Source: Nitrosococcus wardiae (GTDB taxonomy: Bacteria > Pseudomonadota > Gammaproteobacteria > Nitrosococcales > Nitrosococcaceae). Taken from it: a stretch of 32,000 nucleotides of DNA. The DNA lies in contig NZ_CP038033.1 of NCBI RefSeq assembly GCF_004421105.1, positions 173,659 through 205,658 of the forward strand, written 5' to 3'. Below, piece by piece: positions 10,012 through 16,989 of this stretch. The notes below the pieces were generated by a model. The model made no database searches, was not told the DNA's origin, and saw only the letters and a list, made by a program, of their open reading frames with translations. Made by a program: the position numbers and the translations under genes. Each line of letters starts with the position of its first letter. Position 1 is the stretch's first letter.

Positions 10012-10049
10012 CCCCGGCATTCAATTACTTATATAATTGAATGCCGGGG
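10012..10049 (-). terminator. 15-bp perfect hairpin (CCCCGGCATTCAATT / AATTGAATGCCGGGG) 60 nt downstream of amoD
   Basis: Perfect inverted repeat with an 8-nt loop. There is no U tract after it on the minus strand (GAAAAAGG follows), so it may be a 3'-end stabiliser or a non-canonical terminator. Confidence 0.35.
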
Positions 10050-10108
10050 ATCTCCCCTATGAATTTAGGAATCCAGCTATTATAAATATGATTTAGACGA
10101 TGCTGATG

Positions 10109-10669
10109 CTAGGCGCTCGCTTCCTTTTTACCGCGGCGGGCAAACCAAACCATTAACCCTATAACAACAGCAGCAAAAGCAATAGCACCAATCCACTGAA
10201 CGGTCTGCTCTCCTTGAAGAGCAACCCGAATTGGCGCTTTGAACACCAACGGCTGATCACCCCCCAGGGTAACCACTGCAGTGTATTCTCCTGGATTAGC
10301 AAAAGCAGCCTCAAGCTCGATAGTCCCTTTCGGGTACCTCTGAACAGGTCGCTCCACTATGGTTTTGTAATTTGACGGACCCGAAGCGGTTTCCTGCTCT
10401 TCCACAACCCGAACTTCCACAGGCCGATCACGCAATACCCTTTCCACCAAGTCAAAAACCAAAATGGAATTTCCGGCGGTCGGCAAATCCCAGCATAACT
10501 CTTCCCCGCCAATGGTTTGTGGCTGGTAAGCGGTAAAGTGCATCCGATAATTACCGATATTAACAACACACTTATCCGCCTCGATTCCGCCCCCTCCATG
10601 GGCCATGGCAGAGGTGCTGGCTAACAATAATCCAAATAATGCAAAGCAGCTAAATAGTACTCTCTTCAT
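10109..10669 (-). CDS. amoD: AmoD/PmoD-family periplasmic copper protein, C-terminally membrane anchored
   Basis: It lies immediately downstream of amoB. Signal peptide (...STSAMA then HGGGG), a beta-rich domain of about 130 aa, and a single C-terminal TM helix (WIGAIAFAAVVIGLMVWF) followed by RRGKK. This architecture and synteny match the amoD/orf5 family. Confidence 0.75.
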   Translation of the reverse strand: MKRVLFSCFALFGLLLASTSAMAHGGGGIEADKCVVNIGNYRMHFTAYQPQTIGGEELCWDLPTAGNSILVFDLVERVLRDRPVEVRVVEEQETASGPSNYKTIVERPVQRYPKGTIELEAAFANPGEYTAVVTLGGDQPLVFKAPIRVALQGEQTVQWIGAIAFAAVVIGLMVWFARRGKKEASA

Positions 10670-10761
10670 TAGCTAATACCCTTTAATTTAGCTTTGAGGG
10701 ATTGGCATGAAATGCAACTTCAGAGCTTTAGTGTCTGAGCTACAGAGATAGATAAGAATAG

Positions 10762-10798
10762 GCCGACCCTTCACTCCAATATGGAGTGAAGGGTCGGC
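10762..10798 (-). terminator. 16-bp perfect hairpin between amoB and amoD
   Basis: GCCGACCCTTCACTCC-aatat-GGAGTGAAGGGTCGGC, 70 nt after the amoB stop. On the minus strand it is followed by a pyrimidine/U-rich stretch (CUAUUCUUAUCUAUCUCU). Confidence 0.55.
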
Positions 10799-10868
10799 TT
10801 ATCAATTACGAATAGCTTAACTCATATTACGCATCTTTGACTACACGCGCGCCAAGAGTGACCATTCT

Positions 10869-12116
10869 TTAGACAAAGATTGGGATTAACGCCCCGCCAA
10901 CAGGGATCGGCAGTCTGTTCCCTTCGGCGTCGACAAAGAACAACAGTCCACCAAACCGGCTATCCGGATCGTAGATAACGTCAGCCATACGCTCGACTTC
11001 CCAAGCTGCATCGGTACCGGAGACTTCGACCACTACCGTTTCACCCGGAGCAATATCCTGCTGGCTCACTTCTAGCCCTTCCGGTGCCAATAGATTATCC
11101 GGATAATCCGTGTCATCTACAACCACATCAGGGTTCAAGAAGCGAATACCACCGGTGGCAAACTCGCCTATGGAAATAACTCCATCGGTATGGTTAGTGA
11201 TTTCAAGCTTCATTGAGATAGTCCGGCCCGGCACCCGATAGTTAGCCTTGAGCACATCGACCGACACCATCCTATCGTAATCGACCGGTAGCGGTTCAAT
11301 CTCACCTAGCAGACCAGCCTGCAAAGGCACAGTAACGGGATGCTTACTTTCGGCGCTCTGATAGCCATACAGAACGATGACGAGGACGCCGACCATTACA
11401 CCCAGGGTTACCTTCTTGTCTGTATCGGTGATGAGATCATTGGCCTCCCCTGCTTCTACTCTCATGTAGCGAGGTAAAAACATGGGACGGCGAGCCCACC
11501 ACCACATCCAAGCGATACCCAAAACATACCAGAACACGTGCCAACCAACGACGGTGCCTAGACCCAACCTTTCTATGTCAACGGTGTTACCCGTCAGGTC
11601 GGTGATGGGGTTTTCAAAGTCCTCAATATTACCCGTAATGGTTATATATTTGCCGGGACCGATAAGTGGACCGCCCCCCTCGATGTTCATCATGGTATGG
11701 ACGTGCCAAGTTCCCGGACGACGGCCTTTGAGTTCCACCGAAAAGCTATAATCGCCGCCGAGCTCGATACCCACTGAACGGGGCACGAACACGTCATTGA
11801 TGTAAGAAGACATCCGAGTGGACACCGGTCCAGGTTGACCGACATTCAAAAAGGACACATGGGGATGACGCACCGCTTCCGGCCAATCCTCGAAAACACG
11901 GAATTTGCCGCTCATGGTGTAGGTTTCGTTGACTGCAATCTGGTCCTTGGACCATTTAAGGTCATACCAATGGATGGTCCGCATCCGCAGGAAGGCGGCC
12001 TGTGACTTTTCACCGTGGGCGGCTACTGTAGGAACGTAGAAGACGCTCGATGCCACCACGGTGGCAAAGCCGATGGCTAGCCATTTTCTGGCTCGATTCA
12101 TTATATTACCTTTCAT
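10869..12116 (-). CDS. amoB: Ammonia (copper membrane) monooxygenase subunit B
   Basis: After the signal peptide, the mature N-terminus HGEKSQAAFLRMRTIHWYD is the hallmark PmoB/AmoB copper-binding N-terminus, and two internal TM helices follow. The track start at 12161 is a TTG only 3 nt after amoA. ATG 12116 (MKGNIM...) or ATG 12101 (MNRARK...) is more plausible. Confidence 0.93.
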   Translation of the reverse strand: MKGNIMNRARKWLAIGFATVVASSVFYVPTVAAHGEKSQAAFLRMRTIHWYDLKWSKDQIAVNETYTMSGKFRVFEDWPEAVRHPHVSFLNVGQPGPVSTRMSSYINDVFVPRSVGIELGGDYSFSVELKGRRPGTWHVHTMMNIEGGGPLIGPGKYITITGNIEDFENPITDLTGNTVDIERLGLGTVVGWHVFWYVLGIAWMWWWARRPMFLPRYMRVEAGEANDLITDTDKKVTLGVMVGVLVIVLYGYQSAESKHPVTVPLQAGLLGEIEPLPVDYDRMVSVDVLKANYRVPGRTISMKLEITNHTDGVISIGEFATGGIRFLNPDVVVDDTDYPDNLLAPEGLEVSQQDIAPGETVVVEVSGTDAAWEVERMADVIYDPDSRFGGLLFFVDAEGNRLPIPVGGALIPIFV

Positions 12117-12164
12117 GTTCTCCGTCTCTCTGTTTAGGATTTTAGAATTATTATCTTCCAAAAC

Positions 12165-12908
12165 TTACACTTGTTGGACGTTGTAATCTCTGGAGAACCA
12201 GCGGCCGACAAAGTGCCACGTAAAGTACATGACCATGCAAACAAAGCCTGAGAAGAATGCCGATACCGGAACGACGTCTTTACCAAATGTTCTCAGGGTA
12301 CCTTTCTCGACCATCCGGATATATTCAGGAGTACCCGTCCGAACATAGTGATACCCCATGATGTCGGCGATGGACATAACCAAGCCATTGTATTCCACGG
12401 GAACATGGTACTGGGCTAACAGCGGCCAGTTTGCAGGATAAAGCAACAAGCCGTAGAACAACCCACCCACGATGGCGGTCAAACCATAGCTCTTGGTCAG
12501 CACGAGAACGGCATCCAAGAACAAGGCCATGGGGACTAGAACGGCCGGCCAAACGAAGTTAATGGGGAAGTAGGTAAAACCGTAGAAGTTAAAGTAACGG
12601 TTAGCCCACTCACCGGCTAGCACCCCGAGCGTCACGATGGTGGCGCCAAAGGGAAGACGGAATCTTTCCCAGAAAAATGCCTGCATGGCGGCAGGGTAAG
12701 CAATCGCCACGATGGGAGCCACCGTGACCCACATGCGCCGGTCTTTCCAGTCAGTCCAGAAATCCCAGTCGCCAAACAGAAGCATACAGTGAACATGGTA
12801 CGAAGCGAGAAAAATACCGAAGAACGCTCCTAACGCTAACAAATCAAGCGTTCTAGAGATCTTTGCAGCTTCCTCCGGTGTACGAACCGCAGACGCAAGT
12901 GCACTCAT
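12165..12908 (-). CDS. amoA: Ammonia (copper membrane) monooxygenase subunit A
   Basis: 247 aa with GDWDFWTDWKDRRMW, GEWANRYFNF, and YVRTGTPEYIRMVEKGTLRTFGKDVVPVSAFFSGF. The N-terminus and the GEWANRYFNFYGFTYFPINFVWP block resemble Nitrosococcus AmoA more than methanotroph PmoA, from memory. AGGAGG Shine-Dalgarno 6 nt upstream. Confidence 0.95.
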   Translation of the reverse strand: MSALASAVRTPEEAAKISRTLDLLALGAFFGIFLASYHVHCMLLFGDWDFWTDWKDRRMWVTVAPIVAIAYPAAMQAFFWERFRLPFGATIVTLGVLAGEWANRYFNFYGFTYFPINFVWPAVLVPMALFLDAVLVLTKSYGLTAIVGGLFYGLLLYPANWPLLAQYHVPVEYNGLVMSIADIMGYHYVRTGTPEYIRMVEKGTLRTFGKDVVPVSAFFSGFVCMVMYFTWHFVGRWFSRDYNVQQV

Positions 12909-13171
12909 ATCTGCCCTCCTAAAATAGGGTTTTTATTTGATATCTGTTATGATTATTCATTCACCGGTCCGTAGATCCGTGAATTCCTAAGGCCTGCTTC
13001 CCTGCTGCCTGTTCTTATCGCCACTCGTTAAGGTTGCTTTGTTTTGGGGTTCCACTTTTCCCATCCTCAACAAGGAGACATATCCGTCAATCGTTCTTAA
13101 TTAAAGCTCCCTTACCCTCTTTTCAATCTTGGCAGAACTCCTTCCTGCCCAGGGTTTAATACAGAAGGTAT

Positions 13172-13220
13172 ATAAAAAGGCGGCCGCGAACCCTCAATTA
13201 ATTGTTGGATTGCGGCCGCC
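13172..13220 (-). terminator. Intrinsic-terminator-like hairpin plus U5 tract, 40 nt downstream of amoC and inside the amoCAB operon
   Basis: The minus strand reads GGCGGCCGC-[24 nt partly paired]-GCGGCCGCC followed directly by UUUUUAUAUACC. The 9-bp all-GC outer stem is made of two NotI sites (13180..13187 and 13212..13219). Confidence 0.65.
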
Positions 13221-13260
13221 CCATTTAACACTTTAACTGAAAACTCATTAACACAAGCGA

Positions 13261-14037
13261 TCAGCTACGGGAGTAATCCGGGCTTTGCTGGAGCGACTGG
13301 CCAATTAGCTCGCGCATGCGGCCTTGGACCTGCAAGAATACGCCGAACATCGCCAGGATAAACCAAGCAAAGAACACAAAACCCCAATGCAGCGGTGCAA
13401 CAAACAACTCCTCCATGAACCAGAAGGTGTGACCCCACTCATTCAGGCCCACATTCGGGAAGATCATAAAGGGTCCAAACACCAACATCAGGTAAGGCAC
13501 AGACCAGCCCTTAGCAAAGTAAGGAATACGAGTCTTGGCATACACAAAGGAACCCAAGCCTACCATAACGTAGATCGGGTAACTCATGTAGAACTCGATA
13601 ATGTGGCTAGGAGTGAAGTCCGTATCCCGGACCACCGTCTGATGCCAGGTACCATCCTGCTCGGTAAAGAAGCTTGCACCCCAGAACAGACCAACGCCAT
13701 AAACCACCCACCACATATACAGGGTGCAGTAACGGCGCAGTTCCTCACGGGGTTGAACAGCCTCTATATTGCGATCCCGGGTCTTGATCAGGTAAGCCAC
13801 TAAGCCCGCAGTCGCTAACGCTTCAACAACGAGCTCAATGTACAGCAGATTCATCCAATACTTTTCGAATTCCGGAGTAAAGGAATCCAACCCGTACTTC
13901 CATCCGTAAACGCCTTCATACCAACGTACACCGATGTAGAAGATAAAGAATGCCGCGACGGCCCCCCACATACCTTTCCAGGCAAAGAGGGATTCCTCTT
14001 CAGCTACTCCCGCAACAGCTCTACTAGTTGCAGCCAT
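13261..14037 (-). CDS. amoC: Ammonia (copper membrane) monooxygenase subunit C
   Basis: 258 aa with FFTEQDGTWHQTVVRDTDFTPSHIIEFYMSYPIY and NEWGHTFWFMEELFVAPLHWGFV, the PmoC/AmoC metal-site region. AGGAGG Shine-Dalgarno 8 nt upstream of the ATG. Confidence 0.95.
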   Translation of the reverse strand: MAATSRAVAGVAEEESLFAWKGMWGAVAAFFIFYIGVRWYEGVYGWKYGLDSFTPEFEKYWMNLLYIELVVEALATAGLVAYLIKTRDRNIEAVQPREELRRYCTLYMWWVVYGVGLFWGASFFTEQDGTWHQTVVRDTDFTPSHIIEFYMSYPIYVMVGLGSFVYAKTRIPYFAKGWSVPYLMLVFGPFMIFPNVGLNEWGHTFWFMEELFVAPLHWGFVFFAWFILAMFGVFLQVQGRMRELIGQSLQQSPDYSRS

Positions 14038-14196
14038 ATTGATAGCCTCCTATTTGACTGAACTATTTCGATTGAGAAGCCATCCCAGTCTTAGACATCA
14101 CTGGTGACTGGCTCTCACCTCTCTCCCCCTCTTTGAACTGGTTTTTCGAGGGAAGAGTAAAATCCCTTATCGTTACAATAAGTCCTTTAGAAATGG

Positions 14197-14224
14197 AGTG
14201 TAGCATCCCCAAAGTGTGTGTCAA
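14197..14224 (-). promoter_or_regulatory. Candidate sigma70 promoter for amoC (TTGACA-N16-TGcTACACT)
   Basis: On the minus strand there is a perfect -35 TTGACA (14224..14219), a 16-nt spacer, an extended -10 TG, and a -10 TACACT (14202..14197). This implies a leader of about 150 nt before the amoC ATG. Confidence 0.45.
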
Positions 14225-14464
14225 GCAATAATAAATACGAATTTTTTATGCTTATTTTCATGAGATGCATTCAGAAAAGCTCAATAGCCTTTTCAATAAG
14301 TCCGGTATTGTATCTTCCCTAGATTTTACCTACAAGAAGTAAGGTTAATCCCCATAAAAAAAACCTTTTGAAGCACTTAAGGCCCCTATTATCGGTCTTT
14401 ATCCCCCTCTGGGAATGTTATGATTTAGCTGCGTCTATAAAAATTTCAGCGAGAATTCTCACCC

Positions 14465-15301
14465 ATGTCTACCCTTATTCTTCAAGGGCCGCAGTTAACT
14501 CTGGATCTGGCTAATCAAATTGCTCAACAAACTCATACCGAACTTCACCCCCAAGGACAAGGTTATCGGCTTTATGGCAGGCAACCGTTTTCCCCTCAAA
14601 CTTTAGCGAGGCTACGGTCAACTTATGAGGGTGTGGATATTAATCTCCTTCCGGAGGGCTACCACCCTGAGCAGGTACGCCTTCTAGTCACCGACATGGA
14701 CTCCACCTTTATTAATATTGAATGCATCAATGAAATTGCGGCCTTCTTTGGCAAAGAAACACAGGTTAGCAGGATCACTGCCGCCGCTATGCGAGGTGAA
14801 ATCAACTTTGAAACTTCTCTCATCCAACGGGTAGCGCTATTGAGGGGAGTCCCCGCCAACGTCCTTGCCGAAATCTATGAAAAGCGGCTTGCCGTCAACC
14901 CAGGGGGAGAAGCCTTGCTTGCTACACTGAGACAACGCGGTCTTAAAATCGCCTTAGTCTCTGGGGGGTTTACTTATTTTACCGAGCGTTTAAAGCAAGA
15001 ATACAATTTGGACTATACGCTAGCAAATCAGCTAGAAATTAAAAATAATCGGCTGACCGGCACTGTAGTAGGCAGTATCGTGGGAGCGACTGCTAAGGCC
15101 AGATTTTTGCAGAGGCTGTGCAAGGAATTAGATATCGAGACAAGACAGACAGTGGCTATCGGCGATGGAGCCAATGATTTGGAAATGTTGAGAGTTGCAG
15201 GCCTTAGTGTGGCTTACCATGCTAAACCCAAAGTACAGGCAGAAGCCCACGTCGCCCTTAACCATAGTGCTCTGGATGGAGTGTTACCCTTTTTATTTTG
15301 A
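14465..15301 (+). CDS. serB: Phosphoserine phosphatase
   Basis: HAD motif I DMDSTFI, EINFETSL, VSGGF, and GDGANDL. The N-terminal extension of about 70 aa is typical of SerB. Confidence 0.85.
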   Translation: MSTLILQGPQLTLDLANQIAQQTHTELHPQGQGYRLYGRQPFSPQTLARLRSTYEGVDINLLPEGYHPEQVRLLVTDMDSTFINIECINEIAAFFGKETQVSRITAAAMRGEINFETSLIQRVALLRGVPANVLAEIYEKRLAVNPGGEALLATLRQRGLKIALVSGGFTYFTERLKQEYNLDYTLANQLEIKNNRLTGTVVGSIVGATAKARFLQRLCKELDIETRQTVAIGDGANDLEMLRVAGLSVAYHAKPKVQAEAHVALNHSALDGVLPFLF

Positions 15302-15353
15302 TAAATGATGGAAACCTGCTGTCCATTGTTCGATCCCGTAGAAGGAGATGCCC

Positions 15354-15806
15354 ATGTCAGTGGGACAATATTGCAATCGCGAGGTTATTGTGGCCTCTCA
15401 GGACACCTCTATTTTAGAGGTCGCGCAGCTGATGCGTCGGCACCATGTGGGAGATGTACTTATAGTAGAACAGCAAAGGGAACAGAATATCCCTATCGGC
15501 ATTGTGACTGATCGCGATCTCGTTGTTGAAATCTTAGCCGAGGAGGTATCCCCAGATGCTGTCACGGTGAGGGATGTCATGAGCCCTGTAATCACCATAC
15601 CTGAGAAAGCGGACCTTTGGGACACCCTACAGCAGATGAGGTATCAAGGTATCCGGCGGATGCCCGTGGTCAACGAGAAAGGTGGCCTAGAGGGGATTCT
15701 GACGGTTGATGATGTCCTGGCATTGCTTGCCGAGGGGCTTACCGATCTCGTTAAGCTGATAAAACATGAAATAGAACAAGAAGCTCGCTTGCGGAGTAAG
15801 CCTTAA
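15354..15806 (+). CDS. CBS domain pair protein
   Basis: Two CBS repeats (VIVASQDTSILEVAQLMRRHHVGDVLIV and VITIPEKADLWDTLQQMRYQGIRRMPVV). The track start is 15348, but GAAGGAG (15341..15347) abuts it and is well spaced for ATG 15354. Confidence 0.8.
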   Translation: MSVGQYCNREVIVASQDTSILEVAQLMRRHHVGDVLIVEQQREQNIPIGIVTDRDLVVEILAEEVSPDAVTVRDVMSPVITIPEKADLWDTLQQMRYQGIRRMPVVNEKGGLEGILTVDDVLALLAEGLTDLVKLIKHEIEQEARLRSKP

Positions 15807-15837
15807 TCTAGTTCAACCTTATGATATGGAAAGCAAC

Positions 15838-15894
15838 TTGCCGACGTACCCTGTCACTAACTCTCTAGGAATTTGGTACAAGGTACGCCGGCAA
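15838..15894. terminator. 13-bp (one mismatch) inverted repeat between the convergent CBS and cupredoxin genes
   Basis: TTGCCGACGTACC (15838..15850) pairs with GGTACGCCGGCAA (15882..15894) across a 31-nt loop. There is no clear U tract on either strand. Confidence 0.3.
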
Positions 15895-15939
15895 ACAAGA
15901 GAAATTGCTCGAGGGCGTGAAATGACCCCTGGGCTTTAC

Positions 15940-16983
15940 TTACTTGCCAAACGACCACCACTTACGCGGCTTGGCTTCCGGCTTAGAAACCTGTTGTTGC
16001 TGCGCGGCTTCCTTTGTTTTTGCCACAGCCTTACGCTTGAAACGCCCCAGACCCACAATCGCCAGCCCTAGGCCTGCCAAACCTGCGCCCAAGGAGGAGC
16101 CTATCGTGCTCCAACTGGTTTCCGTTTCATAGGGATCCGGATAGTTTGGCGCTGTAAGCCCGGGAATGCTGGGGAAATCTTGATCGCCACTCCCTACTTT
16201 TAGTTGGGCCTTCATGCCTTTTTCCGTGTGTTGGGCAATATCGCAGTGGACAAAATAGGTTTTTTCCACGCTTGGCACGATAAAGGTACCCGTTCGACGA
16301 CCCGGCCCTGCCACCTCAAGGTGAAACATTCCCTGAGGATAGATGTACTTGGGCAACATGTGAACCATCCATTGGTGGCGAACCTTGTCCTCATTAATAA
16401 AGGTGACTGTAATGCGCGTACAGGGTTCGACTTTCCATTCATGTTGGTCAAAACCAAACACTGTTCCTGGAAACTCTTTAGCATACTTAGTCCCTGCTCG
16501 CACTGTAATTTCCACATCACCGGCAAGCTGAGGGCAATCACGGGGCAAGTTATCCGTATTTTCATTCATGACCATGCCCTCAGCATCCATATCCATCATG
16601 TGGTGTTCATGCTTAAATTCATGATGAATGTGAGCCTCTTCTTCCTCAGAAGACGGCTTGACTTTTACCTCTGCTGCCTCTGCCGGATGCTCATGGTGGT
16701 GGTGATGCTCCGGCTCTTCAGTTGCCGCTGCTTCTCCTTCAGCCTCCGTTTTTCTTTCAGCCTGAGCCTCCTGGGCCGAATTTTTTGCCTTCGAATCCGG
16801 CGTAGGCTGCCCTTTATCTTGAGCATCCGCATCCCCCGGGTGCTCATGATGATGGTGATGTTCCGGCGCAGCCGCTTCGGATGGCGGCTTGCTCTGCTCT
16901 GGGCTGTCAGCCGATTCTACCGCGGCGACACCAAGGGAAAACATAAGTGCCGCACTAAAAATGAGCCATTGATATCCAACCAT
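15940..16983 (-). CDS. His/Met-rich, membrane-anchored type-1 cupredoxin (CopI-like)
   Basis: Signal peptide, then an acidic low-complexity region with EHHHHHEHP twice plus HIHHEFKHEHHMMDMDAEGMVM (18 His in residues 41..128). A cupredoxin domain follows, with RHQWMVH and YFVHCDIAQHTEKGMKAQLKV (Cys-x4-His-x4-Met). A C-terminal TM helix (LGAGLAGLGLAIVGLG) and a Lys-rich tail complete it. Confidence 0.75.
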   Translation of the reverse strand: MVGYQWLIFSAALMFSLGVAAVESADSPEQSKPPSEAAAPEHHHHHEHPGDADAQDKGQPTPDSKAKNSAQEAQAERKTEAEGEAAATEEPEHHHHHEHPAEAAEVKVKPSSEEEEAHIHHEFKHEHHMMDMDAEGMVMNENTDNLPRDCPQLAGDVEITVRAGTKYAKEFPGTVFGFDQHEWKVEPCTRITVTFINEDKVRHQWMVHMLPKYIYPQGMFHLEVAGPGRRTGTFIVPSVEKTYFVHCDIAQHTEKGMKAQLKVGSGDQDFPSIPGLTAPNYPDPYETETSWSTIGSSLGAGLAGLGLAIVGLGRFKRKAVAKTKEAAQQQQVSKPEAKPRKWWSFGK

Positions 16984-16989
16984 TTCTAC

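Noticed and set aside
10700-10760. tRNA-like GTAGCTCAGAC string in the amoB-amoD spacer.
   Set aside because: There is no matching D-stem (no GAGC partner), and no acceptor stem, anticodon arm or T-loop GTTCGAATC-type sequence. It is not a tRNA.
13180-13219. Two NotI sites (GCGGCCGC) 32 bp apart, considered as a possible cloning or engineering scar.
   Set aside because: They are the two arms of a natural GC-rich terminator stem followed by a U tract. There are no vector-like flanks.
14063-14206. 48-codon ORF in the amoC leader, considered as a possible amoR-like gene.
   Set aside because: Its ATG falls between the -35 and -10 boxes of the best promoter candidate and it has no Shine-Dalgarno. 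I cannot recall the amoR sequence well enough to compare. It is kept only as a note in the amoC upstream finding.
15305-15511. 68-aa ORF overlapping the start of the CBS gene, and the 81-aa ORF at 15826..16071.
   Set aside because: The first is an alternative frame of the CBS gene region. The second overlaps the 3' end of the cupredoxin gene on the opposite strand. Neither has a Shine-Dalgarno or any motif.
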